Of a stretch of DNA of 64,000 nucleotides, positions 38,601 through 49,458 are shown piece by piece (the stretch's first letter is position 1; every line of letters starts with the position of its first letter). The stretch lies in IMG/VR virus record IMGVR_UViG_3300020034_000011, one strand, 5' to 3'. The stretch comes from an uncultured virus (IMG/VR IMGVR_UViG_3300020034_000011). Lineage: Duplodnaviria > Heunggongvirae > Uroviricota > Caudoviricetes. The notes beneath the pieces are model-generated. The model worked only from the letters and a program-made list of their open reading frames with translations. It did not search any database and was not told where the DNA came from. A program made the position numbers and the translations under genes.

Positions 38601-38624
38601 TGCCAATCTCGCATAAGGAACTAG

Positions 38625-39254
38625 ATGAAAGACTTCCCAGGCAACAGTCACAAGACATCGGTTCCCCCAGAGCCGAGAGAGAAGATGAAAGCGGTCACCA
38701 CCGCGACAACCGTTCGACGCAAGCGCAACCTTGGGCGCCAGTTCAAGGAGACGTTCTTCAAGGGCGATCCGCGAGGCGCCGCCGAATACGTCTTCTTCGA
38801 GGTATTGGTGCCCTCGGTCAAGGACATGCTCTTCGATGGCTTTGAGTCAGGCATCCGATCTCTTATTTACGGAGAGGATGCCAAGAAGCGTCCGAGTGGT
38901 GCCAGCGCGGGATACGCCGGTCTTGGTCATGTGGCGTATAACAGCATGAGCAGTGCAGCAAAGACCGTTCAATCTGAGCGCGTCATTTCTCGTCGTGCTC
39001 GTGCTCGTCACGATTTCGGCGAGCTGGTGATCGCCTCTCGCGAAGAGGCTGAGAACGTCCTTGATCTGATGTTCGAGACCTTGTCGCGCTATGGGTCGGT
39101 CTCCGTAGCCACGTTGTACGAGTTGACCGGTATCCAGAGCTCGCACACCGACATGAAGTGGGGCTGGACGGAGTTGCAGGGATCCAAGGCCGTGCGCACG
39201 CGTCAAGGCGGATTCCTGCTCGATCTGCCTGCACCGGTGGAGTTGAGTGGATGA
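38625..39254 (+). CDS. conserved phage protein
   Basis: 209 aa; REEAENVL...YG.VSVA.LYEL.G...WGW motif. Confidence 0.7.
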   Translation: MKDFPGNSHKTSVPPEPREKMKAVTTATTVRRKRNLGRQFKETFFKGDPRGAAEYVFFEVLVPSVKDMLFDGFESGIRSLIYGEDAKKRPSGASAGYAGLGHVAYNSMSSAAKTVQSERVISRRARARHDFGELVIASREEAENVLDLMFETLSRYGSVSVATLYELTGIQSSHTDMKWGWTELQGSKAVRTRQGGFLLDLPAPVELSG

Positions 39255-39587
39255 GCGACATCAACAGCCAGCGGGACTTTGTAGCAGGCCTATATTCCGG
39301 CCCAGGCTGGAAGGCCAAGGTCGCCAAGATGCCCGATGATCAGGTTCGGGCCATCTATCTGGGTAAGCACAACAAGGCGCCTGAGAAGCCGCCCGAGCCA
39401 ACGATTGAGGAGAGGGGTTCGGACGATTCCTCCTGAAGGCGAAGCGCCGAAGGTAGTGCCTTGTCCCGAGTGCGAGAGCACCAAGGGATATTCGCGAGTA
39501 GGAAACTTCCGTGTTCAATGCAAGGGCTGTAACGCCCTGCTCAAGAACGCAGAGGTCAACATGGAACTTCCTGAAGGAGAGAATTAG

Positions 39588-40508
39588 ATGAAGCTCGTTC
39601 CCAACGCGATCGGACGCAAGATCGCCCAGCGAGGACTCCTTGCTTCGGAGAACTCGCCCAAGATCCTGTTCGTGGGCGGGGTCGTCGGCATGCTCGGTTC
39701 GACCGTGCTTGCTTGTCGCTCCACGCTGAAGCTTGAAGAGGTCCTCGACGAAGTCGCGGCCATGAAGAAGAAGTCCGAGAAGGCCAAGCATGTGGTCGAC
39801 AGCGGCCAGGCGGAGGAAGGCACGACGTACACCGAGCAGGAGTACAAGAAGGATCTCGTCCTCATCAACATCAAGGGCTTCGGTAGTGTGGTCCGGCTGT
39901 ATGCGCCTTCGATCCTGCTCGGTGGGTTGTCTATCGCGGCTCTGACCAAGTCGCATAACATCCTGCAAGATCGCACCGTTGCTCTGACCGCGGCTTATGC
40001 CGCTGTGGACACGGCGTTCAAGAACTACCGCGAGCGCGTGATCGAGCGTTTCGGTGAGGATGCCGACCGCGACATGCGCTATGACTCAGAGCAGGTCGAC
40101 GTCGTTGACGACAAGGGCAAGGTCGTCTCGACCACTCGAGTGACAGACGCCCCTGGCTCTGTCTATGCGCGGTTCTATGACGAGTTTTCGTCACGCAACT
40201 GGTCTCCGGATCCAGACATCAACCTGCTGTTCCTCAACAACCAGCAGTGCGTCGTGAACGATCGACTGCGGGCACGTGGGCATCTGGTGCTCAACGACGT
40301 GTTCACCGAGCTTGGTATGGAGCACACCGAGGCGGGCTGCATCGTGGGCTGGCGCTGGAACAAGGATTCCGGTGACGACTACATCGACTTCGGCCACGCC
40401 AATGGCTCGAAGCAGGCCAATGATTTCTTCAACGGCCGTGAGGGCGCAATCCTGCTCGACTTCAACGTCGACGGAGTCATTTTCGACAAGATCGAGGAGG
40501 GTCGATGA
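39588..40508 (+). CDS. conserved phage protein (DUF6353-like paralog)
   Basis: NSPKILFVGGVVG...ALTAAY...LNDVF..LG...VGW...LLDFNVDG. Confidence 0.7.
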   Translation: MKLVPNAIGRKIAQRGLLASENSPKILFVGGVVGMLGSTVLACRSTLKLEEVLDEVAAMKKKSEKAKHVVDSGQAEEGTTYTEQEYKKDLVLINIKGFGSVVRLYAPSILLGGLSIAALTKSHNILQDRTVALTAAYAAVDTAFKNYRERVIERFGEDADRDMRYDSEQVDVVDDKGKVVSTTRVTDAPGSVYARFYDEFSSRNWSPDPDINLLFLNNQQCVVNDRLRARGHLVLNDVFTELGMEHTEAGCIVGWRWNKDSGDDYIDFGHANGSKQANDFFNGREGAILLDFNVDGVIFDKIEEGR

Positions 40509-41368
40509 CCAAGGTGGACGAGATTGCAGAGATCGCTGCTGACGGTGTGGCCGACGGCATGCACATCGTCAGCGAAGAGGCTCTGGCTGCCGAGAAGGTG
40601 GTACGGAGTCTTGAGGGGGCACGTATCGCCTATATCGGTCTCGGCGTGGCGATCGGATCGGTTATCGGTGGCCTGATCGCTTTCAAGGTGGCCTACACCC
40701 GTGCGGAGCTCAAGTACAACGAGATCGCCGCGCAGGAGATCGCCGACATGCGCGATCACTACAACGAAAAGCTCACGTTGCGTGAGGCAGAGCTTGCCAA
40801 GCCTGCTGTCGAGGAGTTGGCAGGCATTGTCCGCGAGGCGGGCTATGCCGAAGAAGAGCCCGCCGGAGCGCCGATTGGCGTCAGTGCTCCAGCGTCAGTG
40901 GTCGCACGAGCAGCGGAGACGGCTGCCGAAGAGCCTGTCGTGGAGCGACCTGCCGAAGAGGTCCATAACGTTTTCACGGAGGCCGAAGTGGAAGACGAGT
41001 GGGACGAGCACGCAGAACGTAAGGGTCGGTCTCCGCTCAGGCCTTACGTCATCCATATCGATGAGCGGGATGACAACACGGCGTACGACAGCGTGACCTA
41101 CACCTACTACGAAGAAGACGACGTGCTCGCCAACGAGCGCGAAGAGGTAGTGGGTAAGGACGATCGAGACGCTTTGGTCGGCGAGGCGAACCTTGGTAAG
41201 TTCGGTCACGGATCGAACGACCCCAACGTTGTCCATATCCGCAATGACCGGCTCGACATGGACATGGAGATCCTCCGTTCGCCGAACTCGTTTGCCCAAG
41301 AGGTGCACGGGTTCACGCCGGATGAGCCTCAGCAGCGTCGCGGAAGGGCCTCACCAGACGATGAGTAG
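40505..41368 (+). CDS. acidic membrane-anchored protein
   Basis: N-terminal TM; TYYEEDDVLA...VHIRN. Confidence 0.65.
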   Translation: MTKVDEIAEIAADGVADGMHIVSEEALAAEKVVRSLEGARIAYIGLGVAIGSVIGGLIAFKVAYTRAELKYNEIAAQEIADMRDHYNEKLTLREAELAKPAVEELAGIVREAGYAEEEPAGAPIGVSAPASVVARAAETAAEEPVVERPAEEVHNVFTEAEVEDEWDEHAERKGRSPLRPYVIHIDERDDNTAYDSVTYTYYEEDDVLANEREEVVGKDDRDALVGEANLGKFGHGSNDPNVVHIRNDRLDMDMEILRSPNSFAQEVHGFTPDEPQQRRGRASPDDE

Positions 41369-41900
41369 ATCTCTGGCTGAGGACTACCTTCGTTGGTTAG
41401 AGCCTCAGATCAGAGGAAGTGGTGGTCGCAGCCTCCCTGAGTGGGTGCTGCGGCTTATGGCTGACAAGGAATTTGTCTGGCTCGTCGGTATCGGCAACGA
41501 TGACAATCGTGCTGCTGACGGGCTAGACCTTCGAGCGGAGTTTTGCCACGACCGGCATATTCCGCTGAACTCCTTGTCGAGTCTTGGTCCAGCCTCTTTC
41601 CTAGAGGTTCTGATCGGGCTTTCCCGACGCCTGTCATTCATGACATCAGGTTCTGCCTCCGGGTGGGCCTGGCAGCTCGTGGACAATCTCGAGTTGCACA
41701 AGATCTCTGACCCGGAGACTCGGCGAAAGAGAAAGCGGGCTGAGGACATTCTCGACGCCTGCATCTGGCGAACCTACCGTCCCGATGGGTACGGCGGGTT
41801 TTTCCCACTGGCTTATCCAGATGATGACAAAGAAGACCAGACAAAGGTCGAGCTTTGGTATCAAATGGCGGCCTATATTGACGAACAACATCAGGAGTAA
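41361..41900 (+). CDS. conserved phage protein
   Basis: YLRWL...DDNRAADGLDLR...GGFFPL...ELWYQM. Confidence 0.65.
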   Translation: MSRSLAEDYLRWLEPQIRGSGGRSLPEWVLRLMADKEFVWLVGIGNDDNRAADGLDLRAEFCHDRHIPLNSLSSLGPASFLEVLIGLSRRLSFMTSGSASGWAWQLVDNLELHKISDPETRRKRKRAEDILDACIWRTYRPDGYGGFFPLAYPDDDKEDQTKVELWYQMAAYIDEQHQE

Positions 41901-42360
41901 CTGATGGCCGTGGATACAACTAACGAACAGCAAAGGACCGCGCAGACAGAGCCTCACGCATTTGTTTCAAGTGATGAAACGTGGAGCATCTGCAAGGTCT
42001 GCGGGCTAGGTCTTGGACGAAGCGTACATACGCGATTCATCCAGGAAGAGCCTCCCGTTCCACTCGCCTACTATGGCGACGACAATCCCGAGGTATTCGA
42101 TTAGGGAGAGTGATGGCCAAGAAGGATGCAGCTGAGTTCCTTCGCAACATGAACGCAATGAACGACGCGATGGTTGCCCGGGCTGCTGAAGCCAAGATCC
42201 AGAGCCAGGCCGGTCAGGATCCAATCCGCGTTCAGCGAGATGCTGAGCGACGAGAACAGCCCGGGCAACTTCGCGCTCGACTTAGACGTAGACGGAAAAC
42301 CGGTCAGGTCGCCAACGTCTTCGGCAACATCTACCTCGGCGAATAAGAGAAAGGAGGAGA

Positions 42361-45300
42361 ATGGACTTCTATCAGATCCGTACCCATGAGCCAAAAGAAG
42401 GACCGTTGGAGTTGTACCCCGATTTTCAAGTCGGGCGGTCAGAGGATCTGATGGTCCAAGGCGGTCGCTTCTATGCGATCTGGGACGCGGAGCAAGGCCT
42501 GTGGTCTCGTGATGAGTACGTCGTTCAGCGACTGGTCGACAAGCATCTGCTCGAAGAGGCAGACCGGCTACAAAAGGAGACCGGGCAGCGCTACCGGGTT
42601 CGGGCGATGCGCTCGTTCGGGTCCAACGCGTGGAAGCAGTTCCGGCAGTTCGTCCAGAACATCAGTGACAACGCGCAGCCGCTGGACAGCAAGTTGGTGT
42701 TCGCCAACACCGATGTCAAGCAGTCTGACTACGCCAGTAAGCGTCTTCCATATCCTCTGGAGGACAGAGAGGTTCCGGCATGGGACGAGTTGACCTCAGT
42801 GTTGTACTCCCCGGAAGAACGAGCAAAGATCGAGTGGGCGATTGGCTCTATCGTCTCGGGGGACTCGAAAAGGATTCAGAAGTTCTGCGTGCTCTATGGT
42901 CCGCCTGGTACGGGAAAGAGTACGATCTTGAACATCATCCAAGCATTGTTCGAGGGGTATACCACAACGTTCGATGGGAAAGCGTTAGGGTCATCGAACG
43001 CATCCTTCGCGACGGAGGTGTTCAAACATGGTCCGTTGGTCGCTATCCAGCACGACGGCGACCTTTCACGTCTCGAAGACAATGCGCGCTTGAACTCGAT
43101 CATTGCCCACGAAGAGATGGTGATGAACGAGAAGTACAAGGCGAGCTACTCGGCCCGAGTGGACGCGATGCTTTTTATTGGCTCCAATCAGCCGGTAAAG
43201 ATCTCTGATGCCAAGTCGGGGATCATCCGCCGGTTGATCGATATTCACCCGACCGGTGTCAAGCTCGCGCCCAAGCATTACCAGACGCTCATGGCCCAGA
43301 TCAGCTTTGAACTAGGCGGTATCGCGCAGCGTTGTCTGGATGTTTTTTTGTCTATGGGCAAGGATCACTACAACGCGTACCGCCCGTTGGAGATGATGTT
43401 GCAGACTGACGTCTTCTTCAACTTCATTGAGGCGAACTACGACGTGTTCAGCCTGCAGGACTACACCACGCTCAAGCAGGCTTACCTGTTGTACAAGGAG
43501 TACTGCGCCGACAGCGGGATCGAGCGCCCGTTGCCGATGTACAAGATGCGAGAAGAGCTCCGAAACTACTTCGAGGAGTTCAAGGACCGCGGGGAGATCG
43601 ATGGAGAGCCGGTCCGAAGCCTTTATCAGGGTTTTACGGCCGAGAAGTTCAAGGTCCCCAAGGAAGACAAGTCCGTCTTCTCGCTGGTGCTCGAGGAGAA
43701 GATCTCGCTGCTGGACGAGTTGTTGGCCGACATGCCTGCGCAACCGGCCACCGACGATGGAGTCCCCGCGAAAAAGTGGGTCAATGTCAAGTCAACTCTT
43801 TTAGATATTGATTCGCGAAAAATTCACTACGTAAAAGTTCCGGAAAACCACGTGGTGATCGACTTTGACCTGAAGGACGCCAACGGGACGAAGGCGCTGG
43901 AGAGAAACCTTGAGGTGGCCTCCCAATGGCCTGCCACATACGCCGAGATCTCCAAGTCAGGTTCAGGGATTCATCTACATTACATCTATGACGGAGATGT
44001 AACAGAGCTCGCACCGGAGTACTCGGACGGGATTGAGGTCAAGGTCTATCCGGGAGACGCTTCACTGCGTCGTCGCCTTTCGAGGTGTAACGCAGTGCCC
44101 GTGGCAACCATCAGCAGCGGGTTGCCCATCAAGGAGAGAAAGGAAAAGATGCTCACGGCGGATACGGTTCAGAGCGAGCAAGGGCTTCGCAAGCTGATCG
44201 GTAAGAACCTGCGCAAGGAGATCCATCCGGGGACCAAGTCCTCGATCGATTTCATCAAGAAGATCCTCGACGATGCGTATGAGTCGGGGATGAAGTATGA
44301 CGTGAGCGACTTGCACCAGAAGGTGCTGGTCTTTGCCAACAACTCGTCCAACCAGGCGGCGTTGGCGTTGAAGACCGTTACTGAGATGAAGTGGGCTTCA
44401 GAAGACGTGGAGAAGGAAGGCGGCGGGCTTTCCGAAGTTGCGCCGGAGACGCAAGTCACCGATGAGCGGATCGTCTTCTTTGACGTCGAGGTATATTCGA
44501 ACCTCTTCATCATCTGCTGGAAGTTTCAGGGGTCAGATCAAGTGGTGCGAATGATCAACCCCAAGCCGCATGAGGTTGAGGCGTTGTTCCGGCTGAAGCT
44601 CGTGGGGTTCTACAACCGCCGGTATGACAACCACATCATCTACGCAGCAGCGATGGGTGCGACTCCCGAAGAGCTCTTCCGCCTGAGCTCGAAGATCGTG
44701 GAAGGCAACCGTGGCGTCACCTTCGGCGCTGCGTACAACCTCTCCTACGCTGATATTTGGGACTTCTCCTCGATCAAGCAGTCCCTGAAGAAGTTCGAGA
44801 TCGACCTGGGCATCCTGCACATGGAGCTGGACATCCCTTGGGACCAGCCGGTGGACGAGAAGGACATCGAGCGGGTCGTGCGATATTGCGAGAACGACGT
44901 TCGGGCCACCGAAGCCGTCTTCGAAGATCGCAAGCAGGACTTCATTGCCCGTCAGATCCTGGCCTCACTATCAGGGTTGACCGTCAATGACACCACGCAG
45001 AACCACACAGCGAAGATCATCTTCGGCGACAACAAGAAGGCGTCGAAGGAGTTTGAGTATGTTGATTTGAGCGAGGAATTCCCGGGCTATGAGTTCAAGC
45101 TAGGGAAGAGCACTTACAGAGGCGAAGAGCCAGGCGAAGGTGGATACGTCTACGCCGAGCCTGGGATGTACGAGAATGTGGCTGTGCTGGATGTCGCGTC
45201 CATGCACCCCAACTCGCTCATCAAGCTGAACGCCTTCGGTCCGTACACCGACAAGTTCGAAGATCTCATCAAAGCTCGCATCGCGATCAAGCGCAAAGAA

Positions 45301-46176
45301 TTCAACGAAGCTGCCGAAATGCTGGACGGCAAGCTCGTACCGTTTCTCACCATTCCTCACGAGGGATGGGACATCAAGGGAGCTGATCAGCTCGCCTATG
45401 CTTTGAAGATCGTGATCAACATCGTTTACGGGCTTACGTCGGCCAAGTTCGACAACCCGTTCAGAGATATTCGCAACGTGGACAACATCGTCGCCAAGCG
45501 CGGCGCTTTGTTCATGATCGATTTGAAGCAGGCGCTTCAGAACAAGGGTGTGCGGGTCGTTCATATCAAGACCGACTCAGTGAAGATCCCTGATGCCACC
45601 AAGGAGATCATCGACTTCGTCATCGACTTCGGAACCAAGTACGGTTACGAGTTCGAGCATGAGGTGACCTACGACAGGTTCTGCCTCGTCAACGACGCGG
45701 TGTATGTGGCTGGGGTGTGGCCTGTCCCGTTTGAGGAAGGCTACCCCAAGTGGAAGTGGAGCGCGACAGGTGCGCAGTTCCAGCATCCGTACGTGTTCAA
45801 GCAGTTGTTCTCAGGAGAGGATCTGGCCTTCTCTGATTTTGGTGAAGGGCGCTCGGTGGTCAAGGGCGCCATGTACCTCGACTTGACCGACGAGGTCAAC
45901 GGCATGGAGCCCGACATCACTAAGATGCGTCACGTGGGCAAGACCGGTCAGTTTGTGCCGGTGCTCAACGGTGGCGGAACGTTGTACCGGGTCTTTGACG
46001 AGAAGTTCTACGCGGTATCCGGTACGAAGGGTCATCGCTGGTTGGAGGCAGAGATTGCCAAGACCAAGGATGACCTGCAGATCGACATGTCATATTTCGA
46101 CAAGCTGAAGGACTCGGCGATCGCAACGATCGAGAAGTTCGGGTCCTTCGAGCAATTTGTGAAGGAGCATCAATGA
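42361..46176 (+). CDS. multifunctional replication protein: SF3 helicase, AEP primase, 3'-5' exonuclease and family B DNA polymerase
   Basis: GPPGTGKS Walker A; VIDFD...SKSGSGIHLHY; FDVE/NRRYD/YCEND; LDVASMHPN, KIVINIVYG, IKTDS. Confidence 0.9.
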   Translation: MDFYQIRTHEPKEGPLELYPDFQVGRSEDLMVQGGRFYAIWDAEQGLWSRDEYVVQRLVDKHLLEEADRLQKETGQRYRVRAMRSFGSNAWKQFRQFVQNISDNAQPLDSKLVFANTDVKQSDYASKRLPYPLEDREVPAWDELTSVLYSPEERAKIEWAIGSIVSGDSKRIQKFCVLYGPPGTGKSTILNIIQALFEGYTTTFDGKALGSSNASFATEVFKHGPLVAIQHDGDLSRLEDNARLNSIIAHEEMVMNEKYKASYSARVDAMLFIGSNQPVKISDAKSGIIRRLIDIHPTGVKLAPKHYQTLMAQISFELGGIAQRCLDVFLSMGKDHYNAYRPLEMMLQTDVFFNFIEANYDVFSLQDYTTLKQAYLLYKEYCADSGIERPLPMYKMREELRNYFEEFKDRGEIDGEPVRSLYQGFTAEKFKVPKEDKSVFSLVLEEKISLLDELLADMPAQPATDDGVPAKKWVNVKSTLLDIDSRKIHYVKVPENHVVIDFDLKDANGTKALERNLEVASQWPATYAEISKSGSGIHLHYIYDGDVTELAPEYSDGIEVKVYPGDASLRRRLSRCNAVPVATISSGLPIKERKEKMLTADTVQSEQGLRKLIGKNLRKEIHPGTKSSIDFIKKILDDAYESGMKYDVSDLHQKVLVFANNSSNQAALALKTVTEMKWASEDVEKEGGGLSEVAPETQVTDERIVFFDVEVYSNLFIICWKFQGSDQVVRMINPKPHEVEALFRLKLVGFYNRRYDNHIIYAAAMGATPEELFRLSSKIVEGNRGVTFGAAYNLSYADIWDFSSIKQSLKKFEIDLGILHMELDIPWDQPVDEKDIERVVRYCENDVRATEAVFEDRKQDFIARQILASLSGLTVNDTTQNHTAKIIFGDNKKASKEFEYVDLSEEFPGYEFKLGKSTYRGEEPGEGGYVYAEPGMYENVAVLDVASMHPNSLIKLNAFGPYTDKFEDLIKARIAIKRKEFNEAAEMLDGKLVPFLTIPHEGWDIKGADQLAYALKIVINIVYGLTSAKFDNPFRDIRNVDNIVAKRGALFMIDLKQALQNKGVRVVHIKTDSVKIPDATKEIIDFVIDFGTKYGYEFEHEVTYDRFCLVNDAVYVAGVWPVPFEEGYPKWKWSATGAQFQHPYVFKQLFSGEDLAFSDFGEGRSVVKGAMYLDLTDEVNGMEPDITKMRHVGKTGQFVPVLNGGGTLYRVFDEKFYAVSGTKGHRWLEAEIAKTKDDLQIDMSYFDKLKDSAIATIEKFGSFEQFVKEHQ

Positions 46177-47546
46177 TCGAAGACAAGCTGAGCAAGGAAG
46201 AGCGGATTCGTCTCGAAGCACTGAACCAGGCGGTTCACGCGACGCCCGGTGTCCACAGAGGGGAGTCCATCGTGGATCGCGCTGTGTTTTTCGAGAAGTA
46301 CATCCGTGAAGGGAATGACAAGGAGTACGATCGCCTTGTCGCGGAAGAAGCAAGGGAAGAGGAGGCTGCCTGATGCCGGGTATTCGTACGTACACCGTTA
46401 CGCAAGAGCGAGAGCTCAAGATCATGGCGGAATCGCCTGCGGACGCAATTCGTCTGTCTGAGGTGCATTTCAGCGCAAGCGTTGACAACACCGCCGAGGA
46501 GCTCAAGAAGCCCGAGATCACGAGCGTTCAGGCGCGCAAGGACTACTGAGTCCGATGGGGATCAAGAACATCAAGGTCCTCTTCAATCACGATCTGACTG
46601 TTGACAACAGTCATTTACGACAAGTTGCGGACGCACACATGGCCGCTCTCGTCAGAGCTCACCGCCGCGGACATCATCCGTACGGGAGCATGCGACGGGA
46701 CTGCCCACTGTGCCAGAGTCCGCTTGATCAAGGAGAAGTTCGTGTCACGCCACGTAGTCGACAAGACCGAGGACGCGCGTAAGTACGTCTTCGGGTGGGA
46801 TCAGTCACTCCAGAGTTATTTCCTGCAGGTCCATCACCTGGATGCTCCAGAGGATGATCAGATCCAGGTGTGGCTGGGTGCCGACAAGGACACCCAGTTG
46901 TACGAGCTCGAGGACTTCATCCGGGAGGCTCGCAAGCATGGGTTGACGGTGAACCACGATCTTCGGCGTCAGTTGTACAAAGATCGCGATGAGGGGCTCT
47001 GATGAATCACACCACGGAAAGCGCTCTTCGCTCTGAGTTGTCGAAGACCTTGGGCGAGATCGACAAGTCGATGGCGGTGGTTCGTCACGCTGCTGAGGCC
47101 AATGGTCTCAGGCCCGAGTTGATGGTCGATGAGCGAGGGTCTTCGCGTTGGGCTCCTCTGGTGGTTGCCCGTGCGTCAATCCTGACCACCTTTGTCCAGC
47201 TTGAACTTCGCATTGAAGAGCGAGCTGAAGCGCGGAAGAGGAGGAAAGGGTGACCGAGCAGGAAGGCACGTGGTTGGACGATGGTCGGACCTTCATCCCC
47301 AAGGACGTCATGGACGAAGCCATGGCGCGCGCAGAAGGCAAGACCGTTCCTCTGAAGGATCGACCTGGCGGAGAGGTCATCGGTACCGCCAAGATCGTGA
47401 AGGGTCAATGTCAAATCACAGTCACTGACCCAGAAGCAAAGAAGGTAGTGGATGAGATGCTGCGCTTCCCCCTCACTGGGTTCAGCATCGGTATGGTTGA
47501 TCCACCCAAGTTCGAAAAAACCCCAGAAGGAGAACAGAATGGCTGA
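46173..47546 (+). other. run of small hypothetical ORFs (46173-46373, 46373-46549, 46555-46782, 46742-47002, 47002-47253, 47250-47546)
   Basis: coupled + strand ORFs. Confidence 0.5.
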
Positions 47547-48036
47547 CGAAAAGAAGACCGTGCTGCTCAAGGGTGCGCGACTCATCTTCAAGAACCTCAA
47601 GGGCGCATCCGGTCCATACAATCGGGAAGGCGACCGCAACTTCGGCGTGATCATTCCCGACCCGGCGATCGCAGAGCAGATGCTTGCCGACGGCTGGAAC
47701 ATCAAGTACCTCAAGCCCAGCCAGGAAGAGGAAGAGGCCGGTCTGGAGAAGGGTCCGCCGTGGCTGCAAGTCAAGGCTGGTTACGGCAAGGGCAAGCCGC
47801 CGAAGATCGTGATGATCTCCTCTCAGGGTGAGACCGTGCTGACCGATGAGACGGTCGAGACGCTCGATATCGCCGACATCACCAACGTCGACATCCTCAT
47901 CAACCCGTACCACTACGACGTGCAGGGCAGTCAGGGAATCTCGGCCTACGTCAAGACGATGATGGTCACCATCGAAGAGGATGAGCTGGAGCTGGAGTAC
48001 GCGGCGAGGCGAAACGAGGGACAGACACCAGGTTGA
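47539..48036 (+). CDS. single-stranded DNA-binding protein
   Basis: ARLIFKNL.G...NREGDRNF...GISAYVK; acidic C-terminus; next to polymerase. Confidence 0.65.
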   Translation: MADEKKTVLLKGARLIFKNLKGASGPYNREGDRNFGVIIPDPAIAEQMLADGWNIKYLKPSQEEEEAGLEKGPPWLQVKAGYGKGKPPKIVMISSQGETVLTDETVETLDIADITNVDILINPYHYDVQGSQGISAYVKTMMVTIEEDELELEYAARRNEGQTPG

Positions 48037-48260
48037 TCTGGTTCTTTGTTGGTATGGCGCTAGGCACCACCCTACTGCTGAACATATTCATCGTCTGGCT
48101 TCTGTGGTGGTACACCAAGAGAACTCATCGTGAGGCGAGAAGAGAGGACTAGTGATCGCAGGCTCAATTATCATGCTGGTGGGAATCCTCGTCGGATTCA
48201 TTTTAGCCAGCATCAGTTCAAGTAACTCGTAATCGAGAGAGGGACGGGAAACACACATAT

Positions 48261-49106
48261 ATGATCACGATGAAGAAATTCGTTCGCAAGCCGCTTTACG
48301 TGGAAGCGGTGCGTATCACCCGGGACAACTTCGAAGAGATGGCGACGTACTGCCAGGGTGATATCCGTTTCGATCCCAAGGGCAAGGGGTCGCGGAAGAA
48401 GTACATCCACGTCCGGGTGCACAACCCCAAGAACGAGCGCCAGAAGACGGCGTTTGTCGGTGACTGGCTGCTCTACACCGAGACGGGGTACAAGGTCTAC
48501 ACGAACAAGGCCTTCAACCTGGCGTTCGATCTCGCCGAGGGCTTCGCCGACCTGGTAGAAGAGGCTCGCGCAACGGGGAACGTGGAGCTCCCTGGCGCTG
48601 AGGAGGAGATCGAAGACGAGGTGATCGAGACTCCGCCTGACGTTGGGGTCGACGCGTTTGCGCAGCCGAATGCGCGTCTGGATGTAACAACGGGTAAGGA
48701 CTCGACGGCAATCCTCGGCGAGCCGTTGGATGAGCCGTACGAGGAGACGGCGATCCCTCAGCCGAATGAGGTGGCTGTGGATGAGTCCGACAGCGAGAAG
48801 GTACGTGTTCCGCCTCCGGCAGATGCAGGAGGAATGGCAGGATATTCCACCACAGTGCCTTCGGATGCAGTTTCCGAGATGAAGAAGGCCAAGGCGCTTA
48901 TCGAAGCCGAGGGTGGGTCGGTCGAGGAGGCCACGCCGGAGGGGATTGCCGACGCGGTGAATCAGGCGAATGCGGCGCGTCTGGCCGCAGAGGCTGCCGG
49001 GAAGAGGGTTCTCTCCGAAGAGGAACAGAAGACGATGGACTCGGACGAGATTCGAGCGTTGCTGGAGTCGGGAGAAGTTGTCCTCGCACAAGACCTTGCG
49101 GCCTGA
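48261..49106 (+). CDS. hypothetical protein with acidic tail
   Basis: KFVRKPLYVEAV...A.VGDW N-terminal domain common in phages. Confidence 0.6.
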   Translation: MITMKKFVRKPLYVEAVRITRDNFEEMATYCQGDIRFDPKGKGSRKKYIHVRVHNPKNERQKTAFVGDWLLYTETGYKVYTNKAFNLAFDLAEGFADLVEEARATGNVELPGAEEEIEDEVIETPPDVGVDAFAQPNARLDVTTGKDSTAILGEPLDEPYEETAIPQPNEVAVDESDSEKVRVPPPADAGGMAGYSTTVPSDAVSEMKKAKALIEAEGGSVEEATPEGIADAVNQANAARLAAEAAGKRVLSEEEQKTMDSDEIRALLESGEVVLAQDLAA

Positions 49107-49128
49107 GCCGTAAGAAGGAGGCAGGGGA

Positions 49129-49458
49129 ATGACGGACCAGCACAACGAGAAGCAAACCGCGCCTGATCGGTCATACAGCCAGCGGATGGACGCATTGACG
49201 ACGGCAAACGTAATTCGGATGTATCGCGCAAAGCTCAAGCGGAATGTCAAAGCTCAGCGCGTATCACTCCTTAGCCTGTTGCTCGACCCACCGGAGGAGA
49301 TCGAGACCATGAAGGTCTTTGATCTTTTGGTTTCCGCTCCGAAGTACGGTCGCGTGAAGGCAAACAAGATGCTGCAGACCTGTCGGATCTCCCCATCAAA
49401 GACGGTTGGTGGGTTGAGTGACCGGCAGCGAGCAGAGCTCGTCAGTAAACTGGGATAA
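49129..49458 (+). CDS. mihF: actinobacterial integration host factor (mIHF) homolog
   Basis: QRMDAL..AN..R..RA.LK...MKVFDLL...PKYGRVKA.K......ISPSK.V.GL..RQR..L H2TH signature. Confidence 0.85.
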   Translation: MTDQHNEKQTAPDRSYSQRMDALTTANVIRMYRAKLKRNVKAQRVSLLSLLLDPPEEIETMKVFDLLVSAPKYGRVKANKMLQTCRISPSKTVGGLSDRQRAELVSKLG

